Assembly: GCA_965209055.1 (NCBI GenBank) | Contig: OZ242374.1 | Coordinates: forward strand, 3,264,001 to 3,328,000 | Length of the DNA stretch: 64,000 bases | Source of the DNA: Acidobacteriota bacterium | GTDB lineage: Bacteria; Acidobacteriota; UBA6911; RPQK01; JAJDTT01 | Reading direction: 5' to 3' | Shown: positions 1 through 10,427 of the stretch, in pieces | Numbering within the stretch: position 1 is the stretch's first letter | Layout: each line of letters begins with the position of its first letter | The notes under the pieces: model-generated | The model's database searches: none | What the model saw: only the letters and a program-made list of their open reading frames with translations | What the model was told of the DNA's origin: nothing | Program-made: the position numbers and the translations under genes

Positions 1-1148
1 AGAAAGGCGGTGGCCTTGCCCGAAAAGGCGAAGAGGCCGAAGAACTCGTTCTCCTTGTCCCGCGGAACGAACCGGCCCAGGAGCGAGCGGCTGGCGGACT
101 GGTTGGGACCGGAGCAGATGCCGACCAGGATGCAGGCGGCCCAGAACATGGTGCGGCTGGTGGTCAGGATGGCGACGATGGCCGCGATGATGAGCCCCCA
201 GAGGCTGATCTGGATGGTCCGCTTCCCGCCGACCCGGTCGTCCAGGTGGCCCAGGAAGAACGCGCCGACGCCGGCCGCCACGTTCAGGGCGAGCCCGAAG
301 ATCATCAGTTCCGAGAAGGTGAAGCCGAAGGTCCCGGTGGCGTAGATGCCGCCGAAGGCGAAGATGGTGACCAGGCCGTCGTTGTAGAGCAGCCGGGCCA
401 GGAGGAGCTTGGAGATCTCCCGGTAGCGGCGCACGTCGCGGAAGGTGACCGCCAGGTGGCGGAAAGAAGACAGCAACATCCGCGACGACAGCGGCGCTCG
501 GGGCTGGGTCTCCCGCACCCAGAGGATCAGGGGAAGCGTAAAGATGACGTACCAGGCGGCGACCAGAAGGTTGGTGGCTCGGATATTGGCTCCGGCCTCC
601 CGGCTGAATCCGAACCAGGGAACCTCTGCATCCACGAACCCCACGAAGGCCACGGCCATGGCGGCCAGTCCGCCGACGTAACCCAGGGACCACCCGTAGC
701 CGGAGATGCGTCCGATGCGATCCCGGGAAGCGATATCCGGCAGGAGAGCGTTGTAGAAGACCAGGGACATCTCGAAGGCGATGTTGGCCAGCGTGAACCA
801 GAGCAGGGCCTCGAAGACCTGGCCCGGAACGGGCAGGTAGAGGAGGGCCGTGAAGAGGACGCAGGCGGCAGTCCACAGCAGCAGGAAGAGCTTGCGGTAG
901 CCGCCCCGGTCGGCGACGACGCCCAGAACCGGCGACAGCAGAGCGACGGCCAGGGCGGTGACGGTGACGGCCCGCGACCAGGACAACGTCCCCGAGATGG
1001 TGTCGGGAGCGATGGCCTGAGTGAAGTAGGACGCGTAGATGAAGGTCACCACCAGCGTGGTGAAGGGGGAATTGGCGAAGTCGTAAAAGCACCAGGAAGC
1101 GACGGCCCGGCGAGACGCGGGCAAATTGCCTGAACCTGGATTCAACAT
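1..1148 (-). CDS. MFS transporter, UMF1/Atg22-like (3' end runs off the window)
   Basis: Not in the ORF track because there is no stop in the window. Manual minus-strand translation from ATG 1148: MLNPGSGNLPASRRAVASWCFYDFANSPFTTLVVTFIY; the WxxYDFANS motif and multiple TM helices are typical of UMF1. Confidence 0.85.
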   Translation of the reverse strand, partial: MLNPGSGNLPASRRAVASWCFYDFANSPFTTLVVTFIYASYFTQAIAPDTISGTLSWSRAVTVTALAVALLSPVLGVVADRGGYRKLFLLLWTAACVLFTALLYLPVPGQVFEALLWFTLANIAFEMSLVFYNALLPDIASRDRIGRISGYGWSLGYVGGLAAMAVAFVGFVDAEVPWFGFSREAGANIRATNLLVAAWYVIFTLPLILWVRETQPRAPLSSRMLLSSFRHLAVTFRDVRRYREISKLLLARLLYNDGLVTIFAFGGIYATGTFGFTFSELMIFGLALNVAAGVGAFFLGHLDDRVGGKRTIQISLWGLIIAAIVAILTTSRTMFWAACILVGICSGPNQSASRSLLGRFVPRDKENEFFGLFAFSGKATAF

Positions 1149-1176
1149 CTGCCGCTATCCTACTTGAGAATCGATA

Positions 1177-1200
1177 GGAGCGGGGGTTTTTAACCCCCGA
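1177..1200 (+). repeat. REP-like palindrome, family A variant
   Basis: GGAGCGGGGGTTTTTAACCCCCGA has the same GGAGC head plus hairpin as copies at 9165, 11794, 13908, 15851, 25809 and 41250. Confidence 0.55.
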
Positions 1201-1383
1201 TTCCGGGGGGTTTAGGGGGGCGGAGTCCTCCTTTACGCTTTCCTCCAGTGACGCCGAAGAATGGGGGGGACGAACAGTCCCCCCTCCAATCGTTGCCTGA
1301 ATTACCCGCTCTTGGCTAAGATGGCTCCCAGCCGTCGGGCAACGGTCATTACGGCATCCGACCGGGGATGGTCGCGGGGAATC

Positions 1384-4300
1384 ATGCCAAAACTTCGGTC
1401 CGGGACATGTTTCTTGGCTTGGTGTCTGACAGTTGTCCTCCCTGCAATGGCGGCCGCGGCGACCGCCCCCGCCGACATCGACTTCAGCCGGGACATCCGG
1501 CCCATCCTCTCCGAGAAATGCTTCTCCTGCCACGGACCCGACGCCGGCCAGCGCCAAGCCTCGTTGCGCCTGGACACCGCTGACGGCATCGCCGCCGAGC
1601 GGAACGGGAATGGCTCCGTTGTGGTTCCCGGAAGCGCCCGCCAGAGTCTCCTCTATCAAAGGATCGCCAGCCCCGATCCCGCTTCCCGTATGCCCCCGGG
1701 CTATCTGGGCCATGAGCCCTTGAGCGACCTCCAGATCCGCCAGGTCGAGAGCTGGATCGACCAAGGCGCGTCCTGGCAGCCGCACTGGGCCTTCCTCCCG
1801 GTCCGCAAGCCGGATCTGCCGGCAGTCCAAGAGCGCGGCTGGCTCCGCAACGGACTGGACGCATTCGTCCTGCAACGTCTCGAGGAGAACGATCTTGCAC
1901 CCTCGCCCGAGGCCGCACCGGAGACGCTGGTCCGCCGCGTGACTCTGGATCTGACGGGTCTGCCTCCCACGCCCCGGGATCTGGACCATTTCCTGCGGGA
2001 CCCGTCGCCGGACGCCTACGAGAAGCTGGTGGACCGGTTGCTCGGCTCCACCCGGTACGGAGAGCACATGGCGGTCCGCTGGCTGGAAGCGGCCCGCTAC
2101 GCCGACACCAACGGCTACCAGAGCGACGGCATCCGCCACATGTGGCGCTGGCGCGACTGGGTCATCGACGCCTTCAACCGGAACCTCGGTTTCCATCAGT
2201 TCACCATCGAGCAATTGGCCGGAGATCTGCTGGAGGGAGCGACCCAGGATCAGATCGTCGCCACCGGATTCAACCGGAACCACCGGACCAGCGCCGAGGG
2301 GGGCTCCATCGACGAGGAGCTGCGGGTCGAATACGTGGCCGACCGGGTGGAGACCACCTCCACGGTCTGGATGGGACTGACGGTGGGGTGCGCCCGCTGT
2401 CACGACCACAAGTACGACCCCATCAGCCAGCAGGAGTACTACCGGTTCTTCTCCTTCTTCAACAACGTCCCCGAGCGGGGCTTCGTCTACAACTACGGCA
2501 ACGAGGATCCGGTGATCAAGGCGCCGACGCCGTCGCAGGAGGCCCGCCTCATGGAGCTGGACGCCGAGGTCCGGGAGGCCCGGCTCCGCCTTGATGAGCT
2601 GGACGGCCAACGAAGAAAGGCGCAGCGCGACTGGGAAACGGAGCTTGCCGATACGGGGCGGGTCCGGGACTGGACACTGGATCGAGGCCTGTTGGCGCAT
2701 TTCCCCCTGGACGGCGACTGGTCCGAGACCACGGGGAATCTGAAGCGGGTGTGGAAGGAGGAAGCCGAGAAGAAGGAGAAAGAGAAGGAGCAGGCGCAAG
2801 AGGAGCCGGCCGAGGCGGAAGCTCCCCCGCCCGAACCGCCCTTCGTGGACGGCGGTCCGGAGCCGGGACTGGAATTCGTGCCGGGTCGGAAGGGCCAGGC
2901 GGGGCGCTTCGACGGCCGTTTCGTCAACGGCGGTCCCGTCGCCAGCTTCGACTACATGGAACCGTTCACCCTCTCGGCCTGGTTTTATCCCCGGTCCGGC
3001 GAGGGGGCCATCGTCTCCAGCGTCGTGGACCGGTTCCGGGGACGCGGTTACGGCCTGTACCTGCGGGAAGGGAAGCTGCGATTCAACTTCACCTACCGCT
3101 GGTCGGACCTGGGCGCGCGTCTGGAGACGGAGCAGGTGCTGGATCTGAACCGCTGGCACCACGTGGTCTTGAGCTATGACGGCAAGCGCAACGCCAGCGG
3201 GTTCCGGCTCCACCTGAACGGCGTCCTTCAGAAGCCGGTGGTGTTGTTCGACTACCTGCTCAACCCCATGGGCCCGAAACGGGACTTCCGGATCGGGGCC
3301 GGCGAGGGTCCCGACGACCGTTTCGACGGGTTCATCGACGAGGTCCGGGTCTACGGCCGGGCGCTCTCGGACCGGGAGGCGAAGGTGATCGGGCTCCTGG
3401 ATCCGGTCTCGGAGATCGCGGCAATCGCCCCTTCGGATCGCAGTCGTGTCCAGCAGGCCAAGTTGGACCTCTGTTTCCTGGAGGGCGGCCACGCACCGGA
3501 GGCCGTTCTGCAGGCGGTCCAGGAATTGCGGCAGGCCCGGCAGCAGCGCCAGGACCACTACGACTCCCTTCCCACCGTCATGGTCATGAAGGAGCGGATC
3601 CGCAGGCGGCAGTCCTACGTGCTGGACCGGGGCGCGTACGACGCCCGCACCGATCCCGTGGAGCCGGGGGTCCCAGCGGCCATGGATACGAAACCGGGAG
3701 CGTCCGTCGCGGACCGCCTGGAGCTGGCGCGGTGGCTCGTGGACCGGTCCAACCCCCTGACGGCCCGGGTGACGGTGAACCGGCTCTGGCAGAAGCTGTT
3801 CGGCGCCGGCCTGGTGCGGACTCCCGAGGATTTCGGTTCCCAGGGCGACCAGCCCACCCATCCCCGATTGCTGGACTGGCTGGCCGCGGAGTTCATGGAG
3901 AGTGGCTGGGACGTCAAGGCCCTCCTCAGGACCGTCGTGACCAGCGCCACCTACCGCCAGTCCTCACGTCAGTCGCCGGAGCTGTCCCGGAGGGACCCGG
4001 AGAACCGGCTGCTGGCCCGGGCGCCCCGGCTTCGCCTGCCTGCCCAGGTGATCCGCGACCAGGCTCTGGCCGTTTCCGGCCTGCTTGCCGAGAAGCTGGG
4101 CGGACCTTCGGTCAAGCCCTACCAGCCCCCGGGACTGTGGCAGGAGCTGACCTTCAAAAAGGGGGGCTACGAAGCGGACCAGGGTGAGGGCCTCTATCGC
4201 AGGAGCCTCTATACCTTCTGGAGGCGGACCATCGCGCCGCCGGCCATGGTGACGTTCGACGCCTCCACCCGCGAAGCCTGCGTCGTGCGCAACGACCGGA

Positions 4301-4653
4301 CCAACACGCCGCTGCAGGCCCTGAACCTGATGAACGACGAGACCTACCTGGAGGCCTCCCGCCGGTTGGCGGAGCGCATGCTGGAGGAAGGCGGCTCAAC
4401 GCCCCTGGCGCGTGTCGCCTACGGTTTCCGCCTGGTCACCGCCCGTTGGCCCCGGCCGTCGGAGCAGACCGCACTTTTCGAGGCCCTGGAGCGGTTCGAA
4501 GAAGACTTCAAGTCCCGGCCCCAAGAGGCGTTGGACTATCTCTCGGCAGGCGCGTCGGCCCCGAATGAGAATCTGGACGCGCAAGAATTGGCTTCCTATG
4601 CCGGCCTCGCCAGCGTTATCCTGAATCTGGACGAGGCCATTACCAAGGAGTGA
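1384..4653 (+). CDS. Planctomycete cytochrome c / DUF1549 / LamG / DUF1553 protein
   Basis: Signal peptide; CFSCH and CARCH haem motifs; DUF1549 ([16 protein letters not shown]) and DUF1553 ([20 protein letters not shown]) motifs; LamG-like insert ([10 protein letters not shown]...[11 protein letters not shown]). ATG 1384 preferred over 1261. Confidence 0.9.
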   Translation: MPKLRSGTCFLAWCLTVVLPAMAAAATAPADIDFSRDIRPILSEKCFSCHGPDAGQRQASLRLDTADGIAAERNGNGSVVVPGSARQSLLYQRIASPDPASRMPPGYLGHEPLSDLQIRQVESWIDQGASWQPHWAFLPVRKPDLPAVQERGWLRNGLDAFVLQRLEENDLAPSPEAAPETLVRRVTLDLTGLPPTPRDLDHFLRDPSPDAYEKLVDRLLGSTRYGEHMAVRWLEAARYADTNGYQSDGIRHMWRWRDWVIDAFNRNLGFHQFTIEQLAGDLLEGATQDQIVATGFNRNHRTSAEGGSIDEELRVEYVADRVETTSTVWMGLTVGCARCHDHKYDPISQQEYYRFFSFFNNVPERGFVYNYGNEDPVIKAPTPSQEARLMELDAEVREARLRLDELDGQRRKAQRDWETELADTGRVRDWTLDRGLLAHFPLDGDWSETTGNLKRVWKEEAEKKEKEKEQAQEEPAEAEAPPPEPPFVDGGPEPGLEFVPGRKGQAGRFDGRFVNGGPVASFDYMEPFTLSAWFYPRSGEGAIVSSVVDRFRGRGYGLYLREGKLRFNFTYRWSDLGARLETEQVLDLNRWHHVVLSYDGKRNASGFRLHLNGVLQKPVVLFDYLLNPMGPKRDFRIGAGEGPDDRFDGFIDEVRVYGRALSDREAKVIGLLDPVSEIAAIAPSDRSRVQQAKLDLCFLEGGHAPEAVLQAVQELRQARQQRQDHYDSLPTVMVMKERIRRRQSYVLDRGAYDARTDPVEPGVPAAMDTKPGASVADRLELARWLVDRSNPLTARVTVNRLWQKLFGAGLVRTPEDFGSQGDQPTHPRLLDWLAAEFMESGWDVKALLRTVVTSATYRQSSRQSPELSRRDPENRLLARAPRLRLPAQVIRDQALAVSGLLAEKLGGPSVKPYQPPGLWQELTFKKGGYEADQGEGLYRRSLYTFWRRTIAPPAMVTFDASTREACVVRNDRTNTPLQALNLMNDETYLEASRRLAERMLEEGGSTPLARVAYGFRLVTARWPRPSEQTALFEALERFEEDFKSRPQEALDYLSAGASAPNENLDAQELASYAGLASVILNLDEAITKE

Positions 4654-4654
4654 C

Positions 4655-6127
4655 GTGGACATGGATCCCTGGAACCGATATCGACTGATGCAGACCCGGC
4701 GCCACTTCTTCGGCGCCACGGCCGCCGGAATCGGGACCGCCGCCCTGGGCTCCCTGCTCCAGGAAGACCTTCAGGCGGGCCGCACCGCCGCGGACGGGAC
4801 CACCCCCGCCGTTTCCCCCAGAGTCCCGTCCCTGCCCCACTTCGCACCCACGGCCAAGCGGGTGATCTGGCTGTTCCAGTCGGGAGGGCCCTCCCAGATG
4901 GACCTGTTCGACTACAAGCCGGCCCTGGCCCGGCGCCGGGGCGAGGAGCTGCCCGAGTCCATCCGCCAGGGCCAGCGCCTCACCAGCATGACCTCCGAGC
5001 AGGGCAGTTTTCCCGTGGCGCCTTCCATCTACGAGTTCGCCCGACACGGCCAATCGGGCGCCTGGATCAGCGAGCTCCTGCCCCGGACCGCAGAGATCGC
5101 CGACGACCTCTGCTTCATCCGGTCCATGCATACGGAGGCCATCAATCACGATCCGGCCGTCACGTTTCTCCTGACCGGCGCCCAGATCGCCGGACGGCCC
5201 AGTCTGGGGGCGTGGCTGGCCTACGGCCTGGGGAACGAGAACAGCAACCTGCCGGCCTTCGTGGTCATGGTCACCCAAGGGACCGGCGGGCAGCCACTCT
5301 ACGACCGCCTCTGGGGCAGCGGCTTCCTGCCCAGCCGCTACCAGGGAGTCAAGTTCCGTTCCGTCGGGGACCCGGTCCTCTACCTCTCCGATCCCAAGGG
5401 CTTCGGACGGGAGAGCCGCCGGCATTTTCTGGATGCCCTGAACCGCTTGAACCGGATCAAGCTGGAGGAGTCGGGCGACCCCGAGATCTCGGCCCGGATC
5501 TCCCAGTACGAAATGGCCTTCCGCATGCAGACCTCCGTGCCCGAGCTCACCGACCTTTCGGCTGAGCCGGATCACATCTTCCGGCTCTATGGCGAGGACG
5601 CCCGGGAGCCGGGGACCTTCGCCTCCAACTGCCTGCTGGCCCGTCGCCTGGCCGAGCGGGGAGTGCGCTTCATCCAGGTCTTCCACCGGGGCTGGGATCA
5701 GCATGGCAAGCTGCCCACCGCCCTCCCCCGGCAGTGCAAGGCCACCGACCGGGCCTCGGCCGCGCTGGTGCAGGACCTGAAGCAACGGGGCATGCTGGAG
5801 GACACGCTGGTGGTCTGGGGAGGCGAGTTCGGTCGAACCGTCTACTGCCAGGGACCGCTGACCGAAACCGACTACGGCCGCGACCACCACCCCCGGTGCT
5901 TCACCATCTGGATGACCGGCGGCGGCGTCCGTCCGGGCGTCGTCCTGGGCGAGACCGACGAGTTCTCGTACAACATCACGAAGGACCCGGTCCACGTCCA
6001 CGACCTGCAGGCCACCCTCCTTCACTGCCTGGGCATCGACCACACCCGGCTGACCTACAAGTACCAGGGACGCCACTTCCGCCTCACCGACGTGCACGGC
6101 GAAGTGATCGACCGGGTCCTGGCCTGA
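4655..6127 (+). CDS. DUF1501 family protein (Tat-exported)
   Basis: TRRHFF twin-arginine signal; [21 protein letters not shown] and GRDHHP motifs; coupled to the DUF1553 gene. Confidence 0.92.
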   Translation: MDMDPWNRYRLMQTRRHFFGATAAGIGTAALGSLLQEDLQAGRTAADGTTPAVSPRVPSLPHFAPTAKRVIWLFQSGGPSQMDLFDYKPALARRRGEELPESIRQGQRLTSMTSEQGSFPVAPSIYEFARHGQSGAWISELLPRTAEIADDLCFIRSMHTEAINHDPAVTFLLTGAQIAGRPSLGAWLAYGLGNENSNLPAFVVMVTQGTGGQPLYDRLWGSGFLPSRYQGVKFRSVGDPVLYLSDPKGFGRESRRHFLDALNRLNRIKLEESGDPEISARISQYEMAFRMQTSVPELTDLSAEPDHIFRLYGEDAREPGTFASNCLLARRLAERGVRFIQVFHRGWDQHGKLPTALPRQCKATDRASAALVQDLKQRGMLEDTLVVWGGEFGRTVYCQGPLTETDYGRDHHPRCFTIWMTGGGVRPGVVLGETDEFSYNITKDPVHVHDLQATLLHCLGIDHTRLTYKYQGRHFRLTDVHGEVIDRVLA

Positions 6128-6200
6128 CCCTATACGGCCGGTGTGGACATGCTGCTGAAGGCGACAACGCCTTGAATACTACGGAAGGGGAGCGGGTATC

Positions 6201-6659
6201 ATGCCGGGTGTTACAATCAAGGTAGCACCGCAAAATCATTCGATGGAGATGACATACATTTCAGCGCCCCCCAGGGTGTTCCTCAGTTTCTCCATGGAGC
6301 ACAAGCCGCTCGTCGATCTGTTTCGAGATCAGGCGCAAAACGGCCATTCAGGTGTGGTTTTTCGTGACTACTCCATCAAGGAACCCGTGGAAGGTGCGTG
6401 GAAAATTCATGCGGAGCGTCTCATTCGAGCGTCAAGTGCGACGATCTGTTTGATCGGCGAGAGCACCTGGCGTAGCGAGCCGGTGAACTGGGAGGTTCGA
6501 AGGAGTGCGGAACTTGGCAGACGGGTTTTGGCGGTCTACCTGCAGTCAAATGCCGCAAGGTCTCCGGCGGCGCTCGTGGAAATCGGTGTAACACCGATGC
6601 CTTGGGATATCAGGACGATAGTGGCGCAACTGTCCGATGAACAACGACAAGTCAGTTGA
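6201..6659 (+). CDS. TIR-like domain protein (Thoeris ThsB / DUF1863 type)
   Basis: RVFLSF...DYSIKEP...LIRASSATICLIGESTWRSEPVNWEV, including the conserved TIR Glu. AT-richer than the flanks. Start may be 6243 or 6249. Confidence 0.8.
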   Translation: MPGVTIKVAPQNHSMEMTYISAPPRVFLSFSMEHKPLVDLFRDQAQNGHSGVVFRDYSIKEPVEGAWKIHAERLIRASSATICLIGESTWRSEPVNWEVRRSAELGRRVLAVYLQSNAARSPAALVEIGVTPMPWDIRTIVAQLSDEQRQVS

Positions 6660-7209
6660 TGATGAGTTGTTTCGTCATGGCGAACCCACGCCAGACGACG
6701 CGGAAGCGTTGCTGACACAGTATCGATTGTTCGTCGAGACGTCTGAAGCGCTTTCCGCGCGGCGTCAAGGTGTAAACACGTTCTTCCTCTCCGTAAATTC
6801 CATTGTTCTTGCAGCCGCCGGTTTGCTCCTACGCGATGAGAAATTCAGCGACCTGGAGGCCATCGCGCTGATCTGTCTGAGTTTCGGCGGCGCTGTGCTG
6901 AGTTTCGTCTGGTGGCGATTAATTTCTTCCTTCCAACAACTGAGCAAAGGCAAATTCGCCGTGATTCACGCGCTAGAACGGCGATTGCCTGCTCGAATAT
7001 TCGCTGCGGAGTGGGTTGCCCTCGGGTGCGGAAAGGATCCGAAGAAGTACAGGCCATTCACCGTAACAGAAAAGACAAAGAAACCGATTCTTGGCGTAAA
7101 CCCATGGGGGCAACAGAGAGTCTCACGCATCGTGGCGAGTGCTGCGGACAGGTTGGTCGGTTGGCAGAGGAAGAGTGTCGTTGGCGGGATCTGGAAACTT
7201 TACCGGTGA
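6637..7209 (+). CDS. Small multi-TM membrane protein (RipA/octameric membrane protein-like), C-terminus possibly truncated
   Basis: QYRLFVETSEALSARRQGVNTFFLSVN, two hydrophobic helices, then KFAVIHALERRLP..AEW; overlaps the TIR stop by 23 nt. Confidence 0.65.
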   Translation: MNNDKSVDDELFRHGEPTPDDAEALLTQYRLFVETSEALSARRQGVNTFFLSVNSIVLAAAGLLLRDEKFSDLEAIALICLSFGGAVLSFVWWRLISSFQQLSKGKFAVIHALERRLPARIFAAEWVALGCGKDPKKYRPFTVTEKTKKPILGVNPWGQQRVSRIVASAADRLVGWQRKSVVGGIWKLYR

Positions 7210-7365
7210 TGAATGTCAATTGAACGCTGACCGGACTATTCCCATAATTCTGGAGGTTCAGGAGAACCGGGGAAGCAGATCTGAACGAGCATCGCGACGA
7301 AGCGGTCCATTCCCGCCGGCATGGCTGGACATCAGCTGCTTGATTCCCTCCGAAATGGCATAGAC

Positions 7366-9162
7366 ATGGTTAGACCGACCCCGTCCCAGACTGACGCCAG
7401 CGGCCGGCCCCGAACCGGGCGGCCGGTAATCTACGGCACGCAGGGAGTGATCTCCAGCGGCCACTACCTGACCTCCATGGCCGGGATGGGCATGCTGCTG
7501 GGGGGCGGCAACGCCTTCGACGCCCTGGTGGCGGCCGGTTTTGCGGCCGCCGTGACGGAACCGATCGCGTCGTACTCGCTTGCGGCCGAGTCGGTCTTCA
7601 TGCTCTACGACGCCGAGAGCGGCGACCTCCTGTCACTGAGCGGCCAGGGTACTGCGCCCCGGCAGGCAACGTTGGAGTTCTACCGGAACCAGGGGCTGAA
7701 GGAGATCCCCACCGGTCCCGGACCTCTGGCTCATCTCTCCTTCACGGTTCCGGGGGCTGTGGACGGATATCTGTCGCTCCTGGAACGCTACGGGAACCTC
7801 CCGCTTTCCCAGGTCCTGGAGCCGGCCATTCACCTGGCTCAGGCCGGGTTTCCTCATTACGAGTACATGATCGACGCTCTCGACAACCAGGCCACCCGGG
7901 ACCAGTTCAACCACTACCCGCCCGGCGGCAACGAGATCTTCTTCCAGGACGGGAAGCTTCCCCGGCCGGGGTCGATCCTGGTTCAACCCGGCCTGGCGCG
8001 AACCTTGTGGCGGCTGGCCGCCGGCGACGCGGGGGGATCAAGGGATCGGATCGAGGGGATCCGGGCCGCCCGGCGAGACTTCTACCAGGGAGGCCTCGCA
8101 CGCACCCTGGTGGAATGCGCCCGCAGTGTCGGGGGGATTCTCAGCGCCGAGGACCTGGCGGGCTACCGGGCCCAGTTCGAGGAGCCGGCGCGCACCCGTT
8201 ACCGCGGCTACGAGATCTGCTGCCAGAGGACCTGGTCCCAGGCCCCGGTTCTGCTGCAGACCCTGAACCTGTTGGAACACTTCGACCTCCGGGCCATGGG
8301 CCACAACTCCCCGGCGTACGTCCACACCGTGGTGGAGGCTCTGAAGCTGGCCATCGCCGACCGGGAAGCGTTCTACGGCGACCCCGATTTCGCCCGGGTG
8401 CCCCTTGACGGACTCCTCTCCAAGGAATACGCGGACGAGCGGGTCCGGCACCTCGACCCCGGCAAGGCGCATCCCGACACACCGCCGCCCGGCAATCCCT
8501 GGAAACACTCCCGGGAACCCCTGGAACGTCCCGCTCCGGAGGCTCCGCCACCGTCCGACCTCCCGGGTCCCACCTACGCGGATCAGGGGACGACCCACAT
8601 CGCCGTGGTGGACCATCACGGCAACCTGGTGTGCGCCACACCCAGCGGCGCGTCCTTTGCCAAGGCGGTCTTCTTCCCCGAGATCGGCTGTGCCCTGAGC
8701 ACCCGCAGCGAGATGTTCTTCCTGAAGCCGGACCACCCCAATGGCCTGGAGCCGGGGAAGCGGCCGCGGACCACGCTGGTGGGCTACCTGGTGGTGAAGG
8801 ACGGGCAACCGGTCATGACCGTGGGCTGCCCCGGCGGCGACCAGCAAGCCCAGGCCAACCTCCAGTTGCTGCTCAACGTGCTGGTCTTCGGAATGAACAT
8901 CCAGGAAGCCATCGAGGCCCCCCGCTTCGGGAGCGACAGCTTCCGGAACTCCTTCTACCCGCACGTCTACTTCCCGGGGCAGCTCTCCCTGGAGGAGGCC
9001 TTTCCCGAGTCGACCGGGCGGGAGCTGGGGAGACTGGGCCACAAGGTGGTGCCGGCCCTGGTGTGCGGCATGGGAGCCACCATCACCTGGCGCGATCCGT
9101 CTACCGGGACCCTTGCCACCGGCGCCGATCCCCGCCGCTCCTGCTACGCCTTGGGTTGGTGA
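7366..9162 (+). CDS. ggt: Gamma-glutamyltransferase family protein
   Basis: GGNAFDALVA, TVPGAVDG, nucleophile motif GTTHIAVVD, PGKRPRTTL, GADPRR. Confidence 0.92.
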   Translation: MVRPTPSQTDASGRPRTGRPVIYGTQGVISSGHYLTSMAGMGMLLGGGNAFDALVAAGFAAAVTEPIASYSLAAESVFMLYDAESGDLLSLSGQGTAPRQATLEFYRNQGLKEIPTGPGPLAHLSFTVPGAVDGYLSLLERYGNLPLSQVLEPAIHLAQAGFPHYEYMIDALDNQATRDQFNHYPPGGNEIFFQDGKLPRPGSILVQPGLARTLWRLAAGDAGGSRDRIEGIRAARRDFYQGGLARTLVECARSVGGILSAEDLAGYRAQFEEPARTRYRGYEICCQRTWSQAPVLLQTLNLLEHFDLRAMGHNSPAYVHTVVEALKLAIADREAFYGDPDFARVPLDGLLSKEYADERVRHLDPGKAHPDTPPPGNPWKHSREPLERPAPEAPPPSDLPGPTYADQGTTHIAVVDHHGNLVCATPSGASFAKAVFFPEIGCALSTRSEMFFLKPDHPNGLEPGKRPRTTLVGYLVVKDGQPVMTVGCPGGDQQAQANLQLLLNVLVFGMNIQEAIEAPRFGSDSFRNSFYPHVYFPGQLSLEEAFPESTGRELGRLGHKVVPALVCGMGATITWRDPSTGTLATGADPRRSCYALGW

Positions 9163-9164
9163 TG

Positions 9165-9229
9165 GGAGCGGCGGTTGTCCTACCGCCGATTCTTCGTTGC
9201 GCCGAAGGCCGGGAAACCCCCTCTCTCCC
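9165..9229 (+). repeat. REP-like element (family A) after the ggt stop
   Basis: GGAGCGGCGGTTGTCCTACCGCCGATTCTT hairpin 2 nt after the stop. Confidence 0.65.
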
Positions 9230-9400
9230 ATTCGTATTTACTGTCTGTAGCAAATTTATATCTATCCATAGTAAAAATGGCGTCCAATTCCGCTATGGAT
9301 CGCGAGAGGTCTACATCCTTCTCCCAGGAAGAACGGGTTCGTGGTCGGCAGGGGTCCGGGACGGACTTGATTTCAAAGATCCGTTCGAGAGGATGGACTC

Positions 9401-10372
9401 ATGAAGAAGCCCGCCGGCGAGCAGGCCGCCAAGGGACATGGCAGGAGTATCGAGCACTTGGCGGACGGAGCCGTCGACGAAGGCCGCTACGAAAAGGGGA
9501 AGAGGCACGGGAAATGGGTGCTGCGGAGTGCGAACGGGGATATTGAAGAAGGCCCATATGTGGAGGGAAAACGGCACGGGCAGTGGGTTGAACACCACGC
9601 GAACGGGGAGGTCCACGAAGGCCCCTATGTCGACGGTGAGCTGCACGGGCCGTGGGTCCTGCGCTTAACCGACGGCACCGTCGGCCATGGCACCTTTGTG
9701 GAAGGGAGCGAGCCTGGACAATGGGTTTTTCGCGCCGCGGACGGCGCTGTTTGCAAAGGTCCCATAGTAGAGGGCAAGCAGCACGGACAGTGGGTGCTGC
9801 GTCATGCGAATGGGGATGTCGACGAAGGTCCCTTCGTAGAGGGGAAGCCGCATGGACATTGGGTGCTGCGCCATGCGAACGGGGATGTCCACGAAGGCCC
9901 CTACGTAGACGGGAATCCCCACGGACAGTGGATTCGACGTCAGGCCGACGGGGATGTCTACGAAGGCCCCATGGTGGAGGGGAAGGAACATGGACGGTGG
10001 GTTGTACGTTTTGCGAACGGGGATATCCACGAAGGTCCCTTTGTGGAGGGGACGCCCCACGGAAAGTGGGTTATTCGTCCGGCGGACGGATCCGTCCACG
10101 AAGGTCCCATGGTGCAGGGGGAACTGCACGGACAGTGGATTGCCCGCCTTAAGGATGGGGACGTCTACAAGGTCCGCTTCGAGGAGGGAAGGCAGCGCGG
10201 AGATCCGGTTCCTCAAGGCGGCGAAAAGGCCGGCGCCAAGGTCATCAACTGGGCGGTCGAGAGGCCCTTCACCTTCGGTTTGGCCTTGGTGGCAATTTGG
10301 AAACTTGGGCCGCCTGTATTGGCTGTCATCCTCTTATTGGTCCTCGTTTTCCTGCTGAATTTGAGCTCCTGA
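9401..10372 (+). CDS. MORN-variant repeat protein with C-terminal membrane anchor
   Basis: About 10.5 tandem 23-aa repeats (RxANGDVxEGPxVEGKxHGxWVL) and a hydrophobic C-terminus. Confidence 0.8.
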   Translation: MKKPAGEQAAKGHGRSIEHLADGAVDEGRYEKGKRHGKWVLRSANGDIEEGPYVEGKRHGQWVEHHANGEVHEGPYVDGELHGPWVLRLTDGTVGHGTFVEGSEPGQWVFRAADGAVCKGPIVEGKQHGQWVLRHANGDVDEGPFVEGKPHGHWVLRHANGDVHEGPYVDGNPHGQWIRRQADGDVYEGPMVEGKEHGRWVVRFANGDIHEGPFVEGTPHGKWVIRPADGSVHEGPMVQGELHGQWIARLKDGDVYKVRFEEGRQRGDPVPQGGEKAGAKVINWAVERPFTFGLALVAIWKLGPPVLAVILLLVLVFLLNLSS

Positions 10373-10427
10373 TGAGGGGCTGTATCTCTCACCTGATTAG
10401 GTTCCGCACGTGAAGCGAGGTGCGGCG

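Noticed and set aside
246-1133. 295-aa plus-strand ORF
   Set aside because: Shadow of the minus-strand MFS transporter.
4640-6097. 485-aa minus-strand ORF
   Set aside because: Antisense to the well-supported DUF1501 gene.
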